Source of the DNA: Malacoraja senta
Taxonomy: Eukaryota
Assembly: GCA_038087875.1 (NCBI GenBank)
Contig: CM075981.1
Location: forward strand, 1,736,001-1,800,000
Length of the DNA: 64,000 nucleotides
Direction: 5' to 3'
How positions within the stretch are numbered: position 1 is the stretch's first letter; the number at the start of each line of letters is the position of its first letter. The notes beneath the pieces are model-generated. The model made no database searches, was not told the DNA's origin, and saw nothing but the letters and a program-made list of their open reading frames with translations. Positions 35,405 through 49,986 of the stretch are shown here, piece by piece. Made by a program: the position numbers and the translations under genes.

Positions 35405-38400
35405 GACTGGGCTTGTTTACATTGGAATTTAGAAGGATGACAGGCAATCTTATAGAAACATGTAAAATAGTAAGATTAAACGAGAACTTACCAGTATGAA
35501 GTTTGATCTTTATTTTATGAGGAGTTACGTTGGTGATTACGTGAAGAAGACCCGTCAGGGCGCCTGCGCGTCAATCTTCAAAGCAACGGTGTGAAATCAC
35601 AAACAACAAGAACGAAGTAATATAGTAACATAGCAAAACGAGTAAATTAAGAACTTCCATCTGACCTTTATGAAAGGGGGTTGGGCGTGGTGGGCACATA
35701 ATCACCAACGTAACTCCTCATAAAATAAAGATCAAACTTCAAACTGGTAAGTTCTCGTTTAATCTTACTATTTTACTTCGGAGTCACATGAGTGACTACG
35801 TGAAGATTTTAAAGCTTTGTGATTTCATGCCGCAGATACAAATCCCGGCTTCTCACTGCATTGATTGACTCGGAACGAGAAATAATCAATAATGCATTAA
35901 TAATGACATTTGCATGACAAATGCAGTAATTCATTAATTTTAATAATAGAATTAACAGTATCCCCTTTAACCCATGGGAATTTAAGCAGAACTTAATATA
36001 GTATCTGCAAACAGCCCCGTATTGGCAATAGGCCAATGGTAAAAGTGTTGAAACTCCAACATTAGATCACCCGGCTGCTGCGAGAATATGGTCGACGGGA
36101 CGTCCTTTGCCCTGGTCGTCAATGTTGCTGCTAAACTGAATGGAATGTAAAACCATCACTGTTCACACCTGCAGCAACCAAGACTTGTTTTAACCATCTT
36201 GAAATAGTCTGAACTGACACTATCTTGTATGGTTTTTCATGAATGATAAACAATCTTGTTTTCATATTTCATAAGACCTTTGTAGCCTCAATGTATTGCA
36301 ACAAATATATCTTAACACATAGACATGGATCCATGGAATATGCTAATAAAACACCCTTGAATCCTGTCACACCTGACCCTACTTCATTTGATTAGGTCAT
36401 AAATGTAAAACATAACATAATCCTGAGGTACTTCCATCCTGTGTATCTGTAACTTTTGTAATGTCTGCACTCTCTGTGCTTGTTACAAATGCCAGAAGCA
36501 TGACTACCTTCATGCTGAACTTGGCCAAATCAGAATCGTACCAAGATTCCATTGATGAAGTAGCTTAAAACCACTCTATATTCCAGATTGCCATACCTAG
36601 GTTTAGAAGGTCTGGAATTAAAATTCCTTTCATTAATCTGGAAATGAAAGAACGAGACTCAATAGGATGTCTTTCCGACCCCATCAATAAAAAACAAGGA
36701 CAATGTACTTCTGGCTGAATAAATCGCACTATAACTCAACCCCTCAAATAGAGTGTTGAGAAAACCTAAGACATTTGAGACATGTGCCGTACAACATCTC
36801 ATATTCTTTTGTACACAGAAAATTTTCCCCAATTCTTTACATAATGGGAAAGCAGCATTTACAGAGTCACAACCTCAGATTCGCAAATGTACTGCTTTTG
36901 AGTGCTCTTCCGCCAGACTGCTGTAAGCATGTCCACAGTATGCCCAGACAATCCTCTTTTTAAAACCTGCAAATTAACAGATCCATACAGGCACATAACG
37001 GATATTACTCTCCAATTATCGGATACACCAGTAAATCCCTTCTTTTGGGAACCTTTATCAGAAACGGTGTCATTAATTCCAATATCAATGGGAACCATGG
37101 CTGCGTAGACCAGTCCGGTACCACCAGTACCCCAGAGGCAGCATCCTGCTTCATTTTAATCAGACACCGGTTTATGAGACAGAATGATGGAAAATGCATA
37201 TAAAAACATACCACCCTAATGTAGCGAGAAAACATCAATCGCTACTGTCTCCCGATGTAGTTCCCATAACACATATCTCTGTAACTGGTGACTGAGTCTG
37301 GATGGAAACAAGTCGTATCTGGCATCCCAAATCTGACTACTATATCATTAAAATCTTAAGGTTCAACATCCATTCTTTGTTATCATGGAAATTCCTGTAA
37401 CCTGCTGTCTGCTACTATATTGAATCTACCTGGTAGATAAATAACTGAAACCAAATATTTGTCAACACACCAAGTCCAGATTTGATTAGCCAATTTGTCA
37501 CATGACACCAACTTAATTCCACCCATACAATTAATACATGCCATTGCTGTAGTGTTGTTAATTTGAAGCTGAACATGCAGATTAGTTGTATTAACAACAA
37601 GCTTGGAGCTCATAAGCCTTCCAATAGCTGTAAAACGTCGATTCTCCATGTCTGCAAAAATAATGCCTCTTCCATATTCCACCTGTCCACAGATGGATAC
37701 CATCTCAGTGGCACCAATCCTAGTGCACTGACATCAGTCTGTAAGACCATGGAAGGCTGTTCAATCAGTATCTTGCTTGAACTACTGGAGACATGTTAAA
37801 TCCACCACTGCAAATCAGAAGCAGCATTTGTTGCTTAACTGCATGGCCTATCAAAAATGGTCACCATGCATCTTAGTGCCTTTTTTTTTGCCGTCTGTAG
37901 CTGCTGGTAGTACAATGGCCCATATTGTATTGCTGGAAATAACACTAATTTTCCCAGCAAGCTGGCCACCTGTCTTAATTGAAGATTGTTGCTTTTTCAA
38001 CAGCTAAATGCAACCATCAATCAGCTCTACCCTTTACCCTGGGTAAAATTACTACCATGTCAATTGAATCAATTGTGAAATTAAAATAATCAATTGTTGT
38101 AAGTGGCGTTAACCTTAATTTCTCTCTGGATGAATTAAACCCAAAACTTTCAAAAGTGGATTGAACAATTGAGAGAGATAACTCACTAATTCTCTTGTTC
38201 GTCTTAATTAGGACATCATCCAGTTAAGCCATCAACATCTGTCCTTGGACTCTAATTAGCCCCCAAAATTGGTTTTACCAATTTAGTGAAATTCTAGGAA
38301 CTGAAGTTAACCCATTAGACAGAACTTTGAATTGCCATAATTGTTTCATTCCGATAAACTTCAAATATTTTTATCTTACAAATGAACAGACACTGAGTAA

Positions 38401-40650
38401 TATACATCTTTCAGATCTATAGGTGCCATATAACATCTTTTGAAATAAGTTGTTAGGCAGTCTCAAAGTCTCCATTTTGAAGTGTCTATACTTCACAAAA
38501 TTTTAAAGACTTGTCAGATCTAAAATACTCCTCACCTTTTTAGGTCGAGAAAATGTAAACACAATTTGGTGGTTTTGATAAACCAACCTTTCAATTACTT
38601 GTTTATAGACAAGTTTTCAAATTCAGCTTGAACCTCCATCACTTCTTTTTGTGAAATTGGGGTGTTCTGCTAGGAACATGCTGGATGGCAAATCATTATT
38701 TGGATCGAATCAATTCGAAACCTTTGAATAATACTCAGAATAATGAATCTGAAGTAATTTGCTTCCAATATTTGGCTGTTTTTGCCTTAATATGTTCCCA
38801 TGAGAACCAGGTCCGCCTACCTCCTTTGTCACCTGAGTGACCTGTGGTCCCTGGCTCCTGGCAGGAAAAACCCACGCTTTTTCGTGTTCCCGCTGCAGGA
38901 CACCAACTGCGCCCCTGCTTCAATGGTCGACTTGTTCCTGGTGTAGGCCCAGGATTCTGTATGATGTCTGAAAGGATACGTCCTCTTCACAGACTTGCCG
39001 ACCATCGATGTTTTGATCAACCTTGCTGTTTTTGCCTCATCATCCAACTCTTTCCCACGTTTCGTGAGGTTTTCCTCCGAAGAGTAAGTTGAGTGACTGC
39101 ACATTGCTGGGCTTTACAGAGTTGCTGCAACTTGGGGTTGATGGTGGGCCGAATGGCATACTTCCTGAAACAATTCATCTCGAAGTGGGCGCTACATAGC
39201 ATCCCTAGTGCCTCTTGATGCATCTCCATCCCTGGCCTCCATCCATTGTTCTTGCAAAAATGCAGTTGTTCCTCAACCCAGCAGCTTCTATTTCTTAGGC
39301 TCACATGCCCTCACCCATCTGACCCCTTATATCTTGGTTCACTGCTAGTACTTTCAGCAAAACGCAGTTCCTTGGGGTCTCATGCTTTTTTGGCATTTTC
39401 ATCCATCGTAAGCTACTGGAGCTGATGGAAGACACAATAGTTGATCGTAGAGGCCACTTCCTTTCCCAGTGGCTCTCCTGACTCTGACGGGGCAGCGAAT
39501 CGTACTGCCAGGAGTAAAACATCTGGCAGCTGCCGTCTTCGCTTGTATTGGCCTCACCGTCAGACTCAGGGTCAGAACTCTCACAGAGCAGCGAATCGTA
39601 CTGCCAGAAATAGAACATCTGGCAGCTGCCATCTTCGCTTGTATCGGAAAACTCTGCTGACCCTGTGCACGCGCCTCATCAATGAGGGTGCTCTCAAACA
39701 GCCCTTTGCTAGGTGCTGCTGACCTGGCTTCTGGAGCCTGGCTTTAGCAACACTCTTCCCTGAGTGTGCTTTGCTTGAGTAACCTGTGTAACAGGCTCTC
39801 CATTTGAGAAATCCACTCAAAAGCAGTATCCAGCCCTGGAGTCGAATCCTCCTGATCGGACTCCTCCTCCGTGGGCCTGACGGACTTGAACTTAGCATTG
39901 CGCCCCACTGGCGCTGACTGTATTCTTTTAAGACCCAAGTCCACAGTCGCTACGCTCCCAGCCGGCGACTGTACAGGCGTCTGAGGCAGCTGTTCGCCGA
40001 CCGCAATCTTGCGACTTTCCACCGGCTTTGCCGCTTGCCTCTTCCACTTGCCCGTTTTTTCCATGGCGCCTGTGGAAAAAATCCCCACAGACCCACAGCA
40101 TACGGACCCGGAAACTTCTGTAAAAAATGTTTTCTCTTACCTTGTAGTTCAAACTACATTTCCACTACAGGAGCGCTGCTCCTTATGTCCGTTCACGCCA
40201 ATGCGTCTGACGTAATGACGCGCAGGCGCCCTGACGGGTCTTCTTCACGTAGTCACTCACGTGACTCCGAAGTAAAATTCTTATGGGATTGGACGGGCTA
40301 GATGCAGGAGAAATGTTCCCGATGTTGGGGGTGTCCAGAACCAGGGGTCACAGTGTAAGAATAAGTGTTAGGCCATTTAGGACTGAGATGAGGAAAAACA
40401 TTTTCACCCAGAGAGTTGTGAATCTGTGGAATTATTTGCCACAGAAGGCAGTGGAGGCCAATTCACTGGATGTTTTCAAGAGAGAGTTAGATATAGCTCT
40501 TAGGGCTAACGATATCAAGGGAGATGGGGAGAAGGCAGGAACGGGGTACTGATTGACGATGATCAGCTATGATCATATTGAATGGCAGTGCTGGCTCGAA
40601 GGGCCGAATGGCCTACTCCTGCACCTATTGTCTATGTTTCTATGTTTTTC
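35405..40650 (+). mobile_element. CR1 3' fragment split by DIRS copy 1 (35405-35467 and 40278-40650)
   Basis: Rejoins as cttatagaaacatgtaaaa|ttcttatggg, matching the intact CR1 at about 22218-22245. Confidence 0.88.
35464..40277 (-). mobile_element. DIRS1-like tyrosine-recombinase retrotransposon, copy 1 (degenerate ORFs)
   Basis: Starts TTTTACTTCGG. ITR match 40216-40251 with 35538-35573. ICR at 35695-35806 is complementary to both ends. Remnants of gag, RT, RNaseH, MTase (VPDWSTQPWFP) and YR. Confidence 0.92.
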
Positions 40651-41689
40651 TGAAGACCCAGGCTGCTGTATGTAACTTACGTCCATGTAGTTGAGAAGAG
40701 GCTCAGTCGATGTCTGCAGTGTGGAACATTGTTGCGTGTGGCCGCGTTGGATCAGATCCAACTTGTTGTGCTCCCAGAATTCCGGCAGCATCCCTTTCTC
40801 CCTCATCCTTTGCCGGATCGACTTGTGCCTCCTCAGTGGAATTCTGTGGAGACACCATGGAAAAAAAAATGACACATGGATATGTAGTGAATGGAGGGAT
40901 ATGGATCACATGCACACTGATATGATTACTTACTTGCAGGCCTATCTATCACCAATTAGAGAGCAGTCCTGATCTACCATTTTGTAGAGGAAACAAGTCC
41001 TTCGGCCCAACTTGCCACTCTGCCCAACATATCCCAGCTATACTTGCCCCACCTGCCCGCGTTTGGTCCATATCCCTCCAAACCTGTCCGATCCGTGCAC
41101 CTGTCCAACTGTTTCCTAAACGTTGGGATAGTCCCAGCCTCAACTACCTCCTCCGGCAGCTCATTCCATACACCCACCACACTTTGTGTGAAAAAGTTAC
41201 CCCTCAGACTCCTATTAAATCTTTTCCCCTTCACCTTCAACCTATGTCCTCTGGTCCTCGATTCACCTACTCTGGGCAAGAGACTCTGAGAGGAAGAGTC
41301 CCGACCCGAAACGTCACCCATTCCTTCTCTCCAGAGATGCTGCCTGAGTTACTCCAGCATTTTGTGTCTATCTTCGGTTTAAACCAGCATCTGCAGTTCC
41401 CTCCTACACATTTCATCTACGCGATCTATTCCTCTCATGATTTTGTACGCATCATGTACACATTATACACATCTACATCATTGGAGACCCTCGGACTATA
41501 TTTAATTCGACCTTACTGGACTTTATCTTGCACCAAACATTATTCCCTTTATCCTGTATCTGTACTCTGAGGATCCAGGTCTCTGGTGCTCTACCAGAAT
41601 AAGGGGTCGGCCATTTAGAACGGAGATGAGGAAAAACCTTTTCACCCAGAGGGTTGTGAATCTGTGGAATTTTCTGCCTCTCTGGATGC

Positions 41690-44600
41690 TTTTTTTTTTT
41701 TTTATTTTTTTATTTTTTATTTTTTTTTTATTTTTATTTTTTAGAAGTACGGTAGATTACAGTAATGTACAACACGTATATATTAATACATTTTTTGTAC
41801 CGCTTCACTTTTTAAACTTTAAGAAAGAAAAAGAAAGAAGTAAGAAAAGTGAAGAAAGTGCACAAAGGTTGTGAGGTGCAAAAGAGTGTTGGGAAAAGAA
41901 AGCCCCTTAGAAAAGAAGTTAGAGAAGGAAGTAAAGTTAGAAAATAGACCCTAGAAAAAAAAAGAGAAAGAAAGAAGGAACAATCGCTCTTATAACTCTT
42001 ATACCATACTTCATAGAGAAGGAACTACCAACCAAGTCTGTTTTTATTTTACCTCCCATTACCAGGTCCAGATACCTTTTATTTATTTATTTGTTTTTCT
42101 AAATTACTATTGCACCTCATGCTTGTAATAGGTCCAAAAACGTAGACCACGTCTTTTGAAATTGATCTACTTTGCCTACTAGGAGGAATCTCATCTCTTC
42201 CAGATGTAATGTTTCCAACATATTTGATGTCCACATTTTTATTGTTGGTGTGGGCGCATTTTTCCAGAATTTAAGTATAAGCTTTTTTCCCATTATTAGC
42301 CCATAATTGAGTAAATTCTTCTGATACACGTTTAATTCAGGAATACCTTCCGATATTCCAAAAATAATCCATTCTGGTTTTGGTACCAGTTTTATTTTGA
42401 TTAATTTTGAAAAAATATCAAATATTTCAAACCAGAATTTTTGGATTTTTGTACAAAAAACAAAAGAATGTGCTATGGTAGCTTCTTGACATATACATTT
42501 ATCACAGATTGGTGAGACGTTAGGAAAGATTTTGTTTAGTTTGGTTTTTGAATAATATAATCTATGTAATGTTTTAAATTGGATAAGCGTATGTCGTACG
42601 TTGATCGAGCATTTATGCACCTGTAATAAATGATTATCCCAACTCTCTTTTGAAATTTTTATACCTAGATCTTGTTCCCAATCTCTTCTAATTCCATCTG
42701 TTGTGGGTATTTCTATATTTAAGATGATATTATATAAGTATGATATTAAATTAACTGATTCCGCCTTTGTCTTCATTGCTTCATCTAGTAAGTCGGAAGG
42801 CATATTATAATAATCTTTTGTGTGTGTTTTCAAATAGTCACAGATTTGTAAATATTTAAAATATTGATTATTTTTCAAATTATATTTCAGTTGTAGTTGT
42901 TGGAATGATAGTAATTTTTCTAATTCATACAAATCTTCGAGCGTTTTAATTCCCATTCTTTCCCATTGTATAAATGCTTTATCTATGATTGAAGGTTTAA
43001 ACGATGGGTTATTGACTATTGGTATTAAGAGAGATAGGTTTCTTAATTTTAGATTCTGTTTTATTTGCTTCCATGTTCTAATAGTGCTATATATAATTGG
43101 ATTTTTATTATAATTTTTATTATTCAAATTTATTGGAGAGAGAATAATCGCTCCTATATTATTCGGGGAGCAATCCCCTTTTTCCATTATAATCCAGTCC
43201 ACCTGCTGGGCAGAATTGTCCAGCAGGTGAATCATATTTTTAATATTTACTGCCCAGTTATAATACATAAAGTTAGGGAGCGCTAGACCCCCCAACTCTT
43301 TTCGTTTGTTAAGGTGTGTTCTTTGTATTCTGTGGGATTTGTAATCCCATATAAAATTTGTAATGTCTGAGTCCAGTTTTTTGAAAAACTTTTTTGGGAG
43401 ATATATAGGTATTGATTGAAATAGGTAAAGGATTTGTGGTAAGAAAATCATTTTTATAGCATTTATCCTACCTATTAAGGACATCGGAAGTGTTTTCCAA
43501 AATTTAATCAGATTATTTAATTTCTTAAGTAGGGGATTATAATTAGCTTTAAACATATCATGGTAATTTCTAGTAATCTCAATTCCTAAATATTTGAATT
43601 TTTCCATAGCTATTTTAAAAGGGAATTTCCTGAGATGTGTTGAGTCTTTTGGTTTAATCGACATAATTTCACTTTTGTTCCAATTTATTCTATATCCTGA
43701 AAAGGATCCAAAGTCCTCAATTAAGTTTAATATATTTGGTATACTAATTTGTGGTTTTGTGATGTACAGTAGTACATCATCAGCATATAGGGATAGTTTG
43801 TTGTTTGAATATTTTGTGTTATAACCGTGAATATTCGAGTGTGTTCTTATTTTTTCAGCAAGGGGTTCAATTACCAAAGCAAATAACAGCGGTGATAGTG
43901 AACATCCTTGTCTGTTGCCCCTAGATAATTCGAATTTTGAAGATAATATATTATTAGTTAGTATTCTAGCCGTAGGTTTGTTATATAGTAGTTTTATCCA
44001 TGCAATAAAGTTTTCTCCCAATTGGAATTTTTGCAATACTTTGATCATATAGTCCCATTCTACTTGATCAAACGCTTTTTCTGCGTCCAGTGAGATGATA
44101 GCTAACTCTTGGTCATCAGATTTATGTGAATGCATTATGTTAAGCAAACGTCTCAAATTATTAAATGAGTGTCTCTTAGGTATAAATCCTGTTTGATCCT
44201 CATGTATTAGTCTACTAACATACTTGCTTAATCTATTGGCTAATGTTTTTGCTATTATTTTCTGATCCGTATTTAACAAAGCAATAGCTCTATATGATCC
44301 TGGTTCTTCTATATTTTTAATCTTTTTTAAGTATTAATATGATCGTTGATTCCGCTAGTGTTTCAGGTAGGTTTTGCTCTTTATAAGCATATGTATACAT
44401 TTTTTGTAATCGTGGAGTAACTATATCATAAAAAGATTTATAAAATTCATTACTGAATCCGTCTGGTCCTGGTGTTTTTCCATTTTTTAGTGTTTTTATT
44501 GTGTCTTCTATCTCCTTAGAAGTAATTTGTGCTCCCAGTTCCTCTTGTTCCCTGCGTTCTAATTGTGGTAGATTACAATTATCTAAAAATTCTGAGATTT

Positions 44601-46113
44601 TATTATTGTCTATTGACGTTTTAGATGTGTATAGATTCTGGTAAAATTGAGCAAATCTTTTATTAATATCCTTGGGTAGTGTTAATACTTCCCCTCTATC
44701 TGATTTAATCTTTAATATTGCATTCTCTTTTTCCCGTTTTTTAAGTTGTCGTGCTAGAAGTTTGTGGGGTTTGTCCCCGAATTCGAAGTGTTCTTGTTTT
44801 GTGATTTGAAATAATGTTATAACTTTCTCTGACAGTAATTTATTTAACTGAAATTTCAGTAGTAGTATTTTATTATGTTTATCCATAGTTGGGTCTTTAG
44901 CATTATCTATATCTAACTGTTTTATTTGATCTTCTAAGTGTCTTTGTTCATTCTTATTCTTTTTATTTTGATAAGCTTGAAATGAAATAATGACTCCTCT
45001 TATAAATGCTTTGAAGGATTCCCATAATAACGTGGGGGATATCTCTGGTGTATCATTTAACTCAAAAAATAGATCCATCTGTTTTTTTAGATAGATACTC
45101 CCTTGAGGGTCTTTTAAAATTTGTGAGTTAAACCTCCAGAACGGTTTATTCATAGACATTCCTTCTAGTTTTAGAACAAAAGTTAACGGAGAATGATCTG
45201 AGATCGCATTAATATGATATTTAGGATTCAGAGATTGCGAAATTAATTTTGTATCCACAAGAAAATAGTCTATCCGTGAATATGTTTTATGCACCATTGA
45301 ATAAAACGAGTAATCCCTTCCCGTCGGGTTTGCAATCCTCCATACATCTGTTATATTTGTGTTTTCCATATATGTGTGTAAGAGTTCACTGGTTTTAGAT
45401 TTCGTCTGACCTTTTTGTTTTTGCATCGATTTATCTAAATAAGGATCTAAAACACAATTAAAATCTCCTCCGATTATAACATTTTGATAATTAGATTCTG
45501 CAATTATATTCAGAATTTTATTAAAAAATTGAGGGTTATCAAAGTTGGGCGCATATATGTTTACCAGCGTAATTGGCATATTATTGATCTCCCCTGCTAC
45601 TATAAGATATCTCCCTTCCTTATCTAAAATAGTGTTCTTTGATTTAAATGGAATTCCTTTACGAATAATAATTGCAGTACCTCTAGATTTGGAGGTAAAT
45701 GAAGAGTGAAATGTTTGGCCTATCCAGTTCGCCCTCAGTCTTGTCTGATCTTGCTGTTTAAGATGTGTTTCCTGTAGAAACGCAATGTCCGTGTTGTATG
45801 ATTTCAACTGAGCTAGTATCTTGCCCCTTTTAATAGGTTCATTAATCCCCCTTATATTCCAACTACATAATGTGATTCCTCCTATTTTCTTTTGATTGTC
45901 GTCATGCATTTTTACCAGTTTTAATGACCTTAATTATTGTGGTGCGTTCATACCTCCGGACTCTGGTTATTTTGGGAGTATTTCTATTATAGACTTCCTT
46001 GGTAGTTCTCCTGCGCGATTGTCCTTGAAGAAAAAACACACAGATGTGACATATTGTGATTAAAAAAAATATATATAAATCAAATAAATTTACGGTGTCT
46101 AAAATTTCAACAC
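41690..46113 (-). mobile_element. L1-clade LINE, 5'-truncated just upstream of ORF2; ORF2 about 1263 aa with one frameshift
   Basis: EN (SWNIRG, LQETH, GGDFN, YSRIDY, SDHSP; 44317-45909); RT (SLDAEKAFD, RQGCSLSP, YADD) and C-terminal CDKC..H..C (42117-44279); A-rich tail; TSD cctctctggatgc at 41677-41689 and 46114-46126. Confidence 0.93.
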
Positions 46114-46629
46114 CCTCTCTGGATGCTTTCAAGAGAGAGCTAGATCGAACTCTTAAAGATAGCGGAGTCAGGGGAAATGGGGAGAAGGCAGGAACGGGGT
46201 ACTGATTGTGGATGATCAGCCATGATCACAGTGAGTGGTGGTGCTGGCTCAATAGACAATAGACAATAGACAATAGGTGCAGTAGGCCATTCGGCCCCTC
46301 GAAGGTTTTCTCCGGGTTCTCCGGTTTCCTCTCACACTCCAAAGACGCACAGATTTGTAGGTTAATTGGCTTCTGTAAATTGTAAATTGTCCTTAATACG
46401 TAGGATAGTGCTAGTGTAAAGGGTGATCGTTGGTCAGCGCAGACTTGTTGGGCCAAAGGGCCTGTTTTCACACTGTATCTTTAAAGTCTAAAGGCTAAAG
46501 TCTTAAAGTGTAGTGTAAACGGGCGATCGATGGTCGGCAGGGACTCGGTGGGCCGAAGGGCCTGTTTCCAGGCTGTGTCTCTGAACTCAACTAAACTAAG
46601 AACTAACTAGTGTGAATGGGTGATCAATA

Positions 46630-48105
46630 GTTTATTTAAATATTTATTTTATTAGAAGCAATTGTTCAAGGAGAAAGTAATCGACATAACAATGATACAA
46701 TTTTTGTAGAGCTTCAATTTTTTACATTTTATAAACTAATAACTAAATGGGAAAAAAAGAATAAAGGAAAAAGGGGAAAGGAAGAAGAGAAGAAAAAGAA
46801 AAGAAAGAATTTCGAAAAAGACACGAAAGAGAAAAAAGAAAAAACCCAGAACTAATGAAGAAGTGAAAGAAGCGGAGATATATCCCACTGCCCTTCCCTA
46901 CGCCCGCTCACCTGACCCCAGCGTCAGTTTTGTATTTATGTTCAACCATTATGTTGTTGAAGAAATTCAATGAAAGGAGACCATATTTTGGAAAGTTGAT
47001 CTGGTTTGTCAGTCAAGACCAGCCTTATTTTTTCTAGATGTAGTGTCTCGGTCATTTCTGTAATCCACATCTTCACTGTGGGGACTGTTATCTTTTTCCA
47101 GAATTTAAGTATAAGATTTTTTACAGTTATTAAACCGTAGTCAAGGAAGCGTCTTTGAGATATCGTTAAATTAGGGCAGCCCTCTGGCATTCCTAATATT
47201 ATTAGTTTTGAATCTGACTCCAATTGAATTTTAAGTGTTTTAGAAATGATATTGAATATTCCCGTCCGGAAGTTTTGTATTTTTATACAGGATACAAAAG
47301 AATGAGTTAGGGTGGCTTCTTGGAAGTGACATTTATCACAGAGAGGAGAGACAGTTGGGGAGATCTTGTTCAATTTGGTCTTTGAGTAGTATAACCTATG
47401 CAATACTTTAAATTGTATCAGGCAATGCCTGGCATTTAAAGAACAGTAGTGTATGTATAGTAGGCTTTCCTCCCATATATCTTTCGAGATGGGTAGACCC
47501 AGCTCGTCCTCCCATGCTCACCTATAAATCTCAGAGGGTGGGGTGTCAATATTTAGAAGAGTGTAATAAATGTAAGATATCAACTTACTTGTATCGGCCT
47601 GTCTATTCAAACAATCGTCTAATATATCTGGACCCATAAGAGGACAGTCTTGTGTATATGTTTTCACATAATCTCGGATTTGAAGGTGTCTAAAAAAATT
47701 GTTGGCGTTCAAGTGATATTTCTCCTGTAGTTCTTGAAAAAAAGAGATAATCCCCTTCTTATAGAGGTCTCCCACAGTATTGATTCCCAGGTTATTCCAT
47801 TGAACAGATACCATATCTAAAGTAGACGGTTTAAACGAGGGATTATTTGCAATAGGAAGAAGGAGAGACATGTTTCTCAATTTAAGACTGAATTTCAGCT
47901 GTTTCCAGATACGGATAGTACTGTGTCTTATCGCATTTTGCTCATACGTTGACTTATTCAAATGTATTGGCGATAGGAGGATCGAGCCTATCCTAAAAGG
48001 CAAACAATCTTCCCTCTCCATTTTTAACCAATTTACACATTGACATGTATCGTGCAACCAGTAAGTTCTATTTTTAATATTAGTTGCCCAGTAGTAAAAA
48101 AGAAT
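46630..48105 (-). mobile_element. Second L1-clade LINE 3' fragment (different subfamily)
   Basis: ORF2 C-terminus HRLYYSKTKLNKISP..CDKCHFQEATLTHSFVSC, related to the preceding L1; pyrimidine-rich 3' UTR. Confidence 0.85.
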
Positions 48106-49986
48106 AGTTGGCGCGGACTTGGTGGGCCAATGGTTCTGTGTCCGCCTGACTCTCAAGTCAAGTCAAGTCAAGTTTATTCGTCACATACACATACGAATTG
48201 TGGAGTGAAATGAAAAGTGGCAATGCTCGCGATTCGTGCAAACAACAAACAAACAAACTACAAACAGAATGGAACAGAATCACATATTCACATATTACAT
48301 ATTTGTAGGGGGGAGTGAAGAAAAAGAAAAAAAGCAGCAATTTAAAAAAGACACCACATAACAGTAAATTGGTTCAGTAAAGTTAGTCCCTGGTGAGGTA
48401 GGAGTTTACAGTCCTAATGGCCTCTGGGAAGAAACTCCTTCTCATCCTCTCCATTCTCACAGCATGGCAACGGAGGCGTTTGCCTGCCTAACTCTAATAC
48501 CCCGCGTACCTCTGTGTCCCTAAGTCAAACCAAAAGAGGTTTTGTTTAATTACCTTTTAAGACTCTCCGAAAGGTCGAGCCAAACGAGTGCAAAGATTAA
48601 CCACTTCATCGCAACGTGCTTCATCGCGCTGGGCCCGGGCACGGACCTGCAATACAGAGAACTTGTAGCACCAGATTATTAAAGACCAGAACACAATACG
48701 AAAGACCAGCCCTGTGCCAAGGGGCAAGGCAAATGAGGCAGGAATTAGTCAACAGCTTCCTGATAAAGTTTGGAGGTTTTCAGGTAACTTTTACAATGGG
48801 AAAGTTTACCCACTCTATCAGTAGCATCTGAAACATGCTTTGCATAAGGGTTAGTCACTGTGTAGCACAATACCAGAGAGAGAGAGAGTGAGATATGTAT
48901 AACAGTTCCGCCCAGTAAAATAATCAGGCATTTGTCGTAAATTGGAGGCAAAGACTTAAGGAGATTAATTTTAAATAACTCCCCCGCTTCCCCCCACCTC
49001 TCCCATTCCTCTGCATACCGCCCCCGCCCCCTCCCCCCGCCATTGTGCTATCCTTCTCCCATTACCTTTAGGAAGGAGATGGTGAGGAGGAATTTCTTTA
49101 GCCAGAGGGTGGCGAATCTGTGGAATTCATTGCCACAGACTACTGCGGAGGCCAAGTCAGTGGATATATTTAAGGCAGAGATAGACCAGGTCAGCGTCGC
49201 TTACATAAATCTTGTTACGTCTTCAATGACAGAATGGAGCGCCCTTAAGGCAGAGATAGATAGATTCTTGTTTAGTGCGGGTGTCAGGGGTAACGGGGAG
49301 AAGGCAGGAGAATGGGGCTGAGAGGGAGAGATAGATCAGCCATGATTGAATGGTGGAGTAGACTAGATGGGCTGAATGGCCTAATTTTACTCCTATAACT
49401 TATGACCTTATAAATGTCGAGACTTCAACCCAATGGTTCGGACTCCATTTTAATCACACGTTGGGATCCAGACTTCTGAGGATGCCATGGTTTTTCTACA
49501 AATACACCTGTGAGGCAACATAGGACTAGATGGAACAGGTGATAGCATGGACTCGGTGGGCCAAATGGCCTGTATCCATTAATCATTCAATAGCACTGTC
49601 TGTAGAAGGGTCCTGACCCAAAATGTCATCGACCAATGTCATAGAATCTTAGAGTCATAGACTGATACCGTGTGGAAACTGGTCCTTCGGCCCAACTTGT
49701 CCCACCTACACCAGTCTCACCTGTTTGACCCATATCCCTCTAAATGTTGTGCCTCAACCACCTTCTCTGGTAGCTCGTTCTATACACCCACCTCCCTTTG
49801 TGTGGAACAAGTTGCCCCTGAGGTTCCTATTAAATCTTTCCCCTCTGACCCTATGACCTCCAGTTTTTGATTCCCCAACTCTGGATAAAACACTGTCCAT
49901 TTACCCAATCTATTCCCCTCGTGATCTTATAGGCCTCCGTTCACTGGAGTTTACAAGGATGAGGGGGGGATCTTATAGAAACATAT

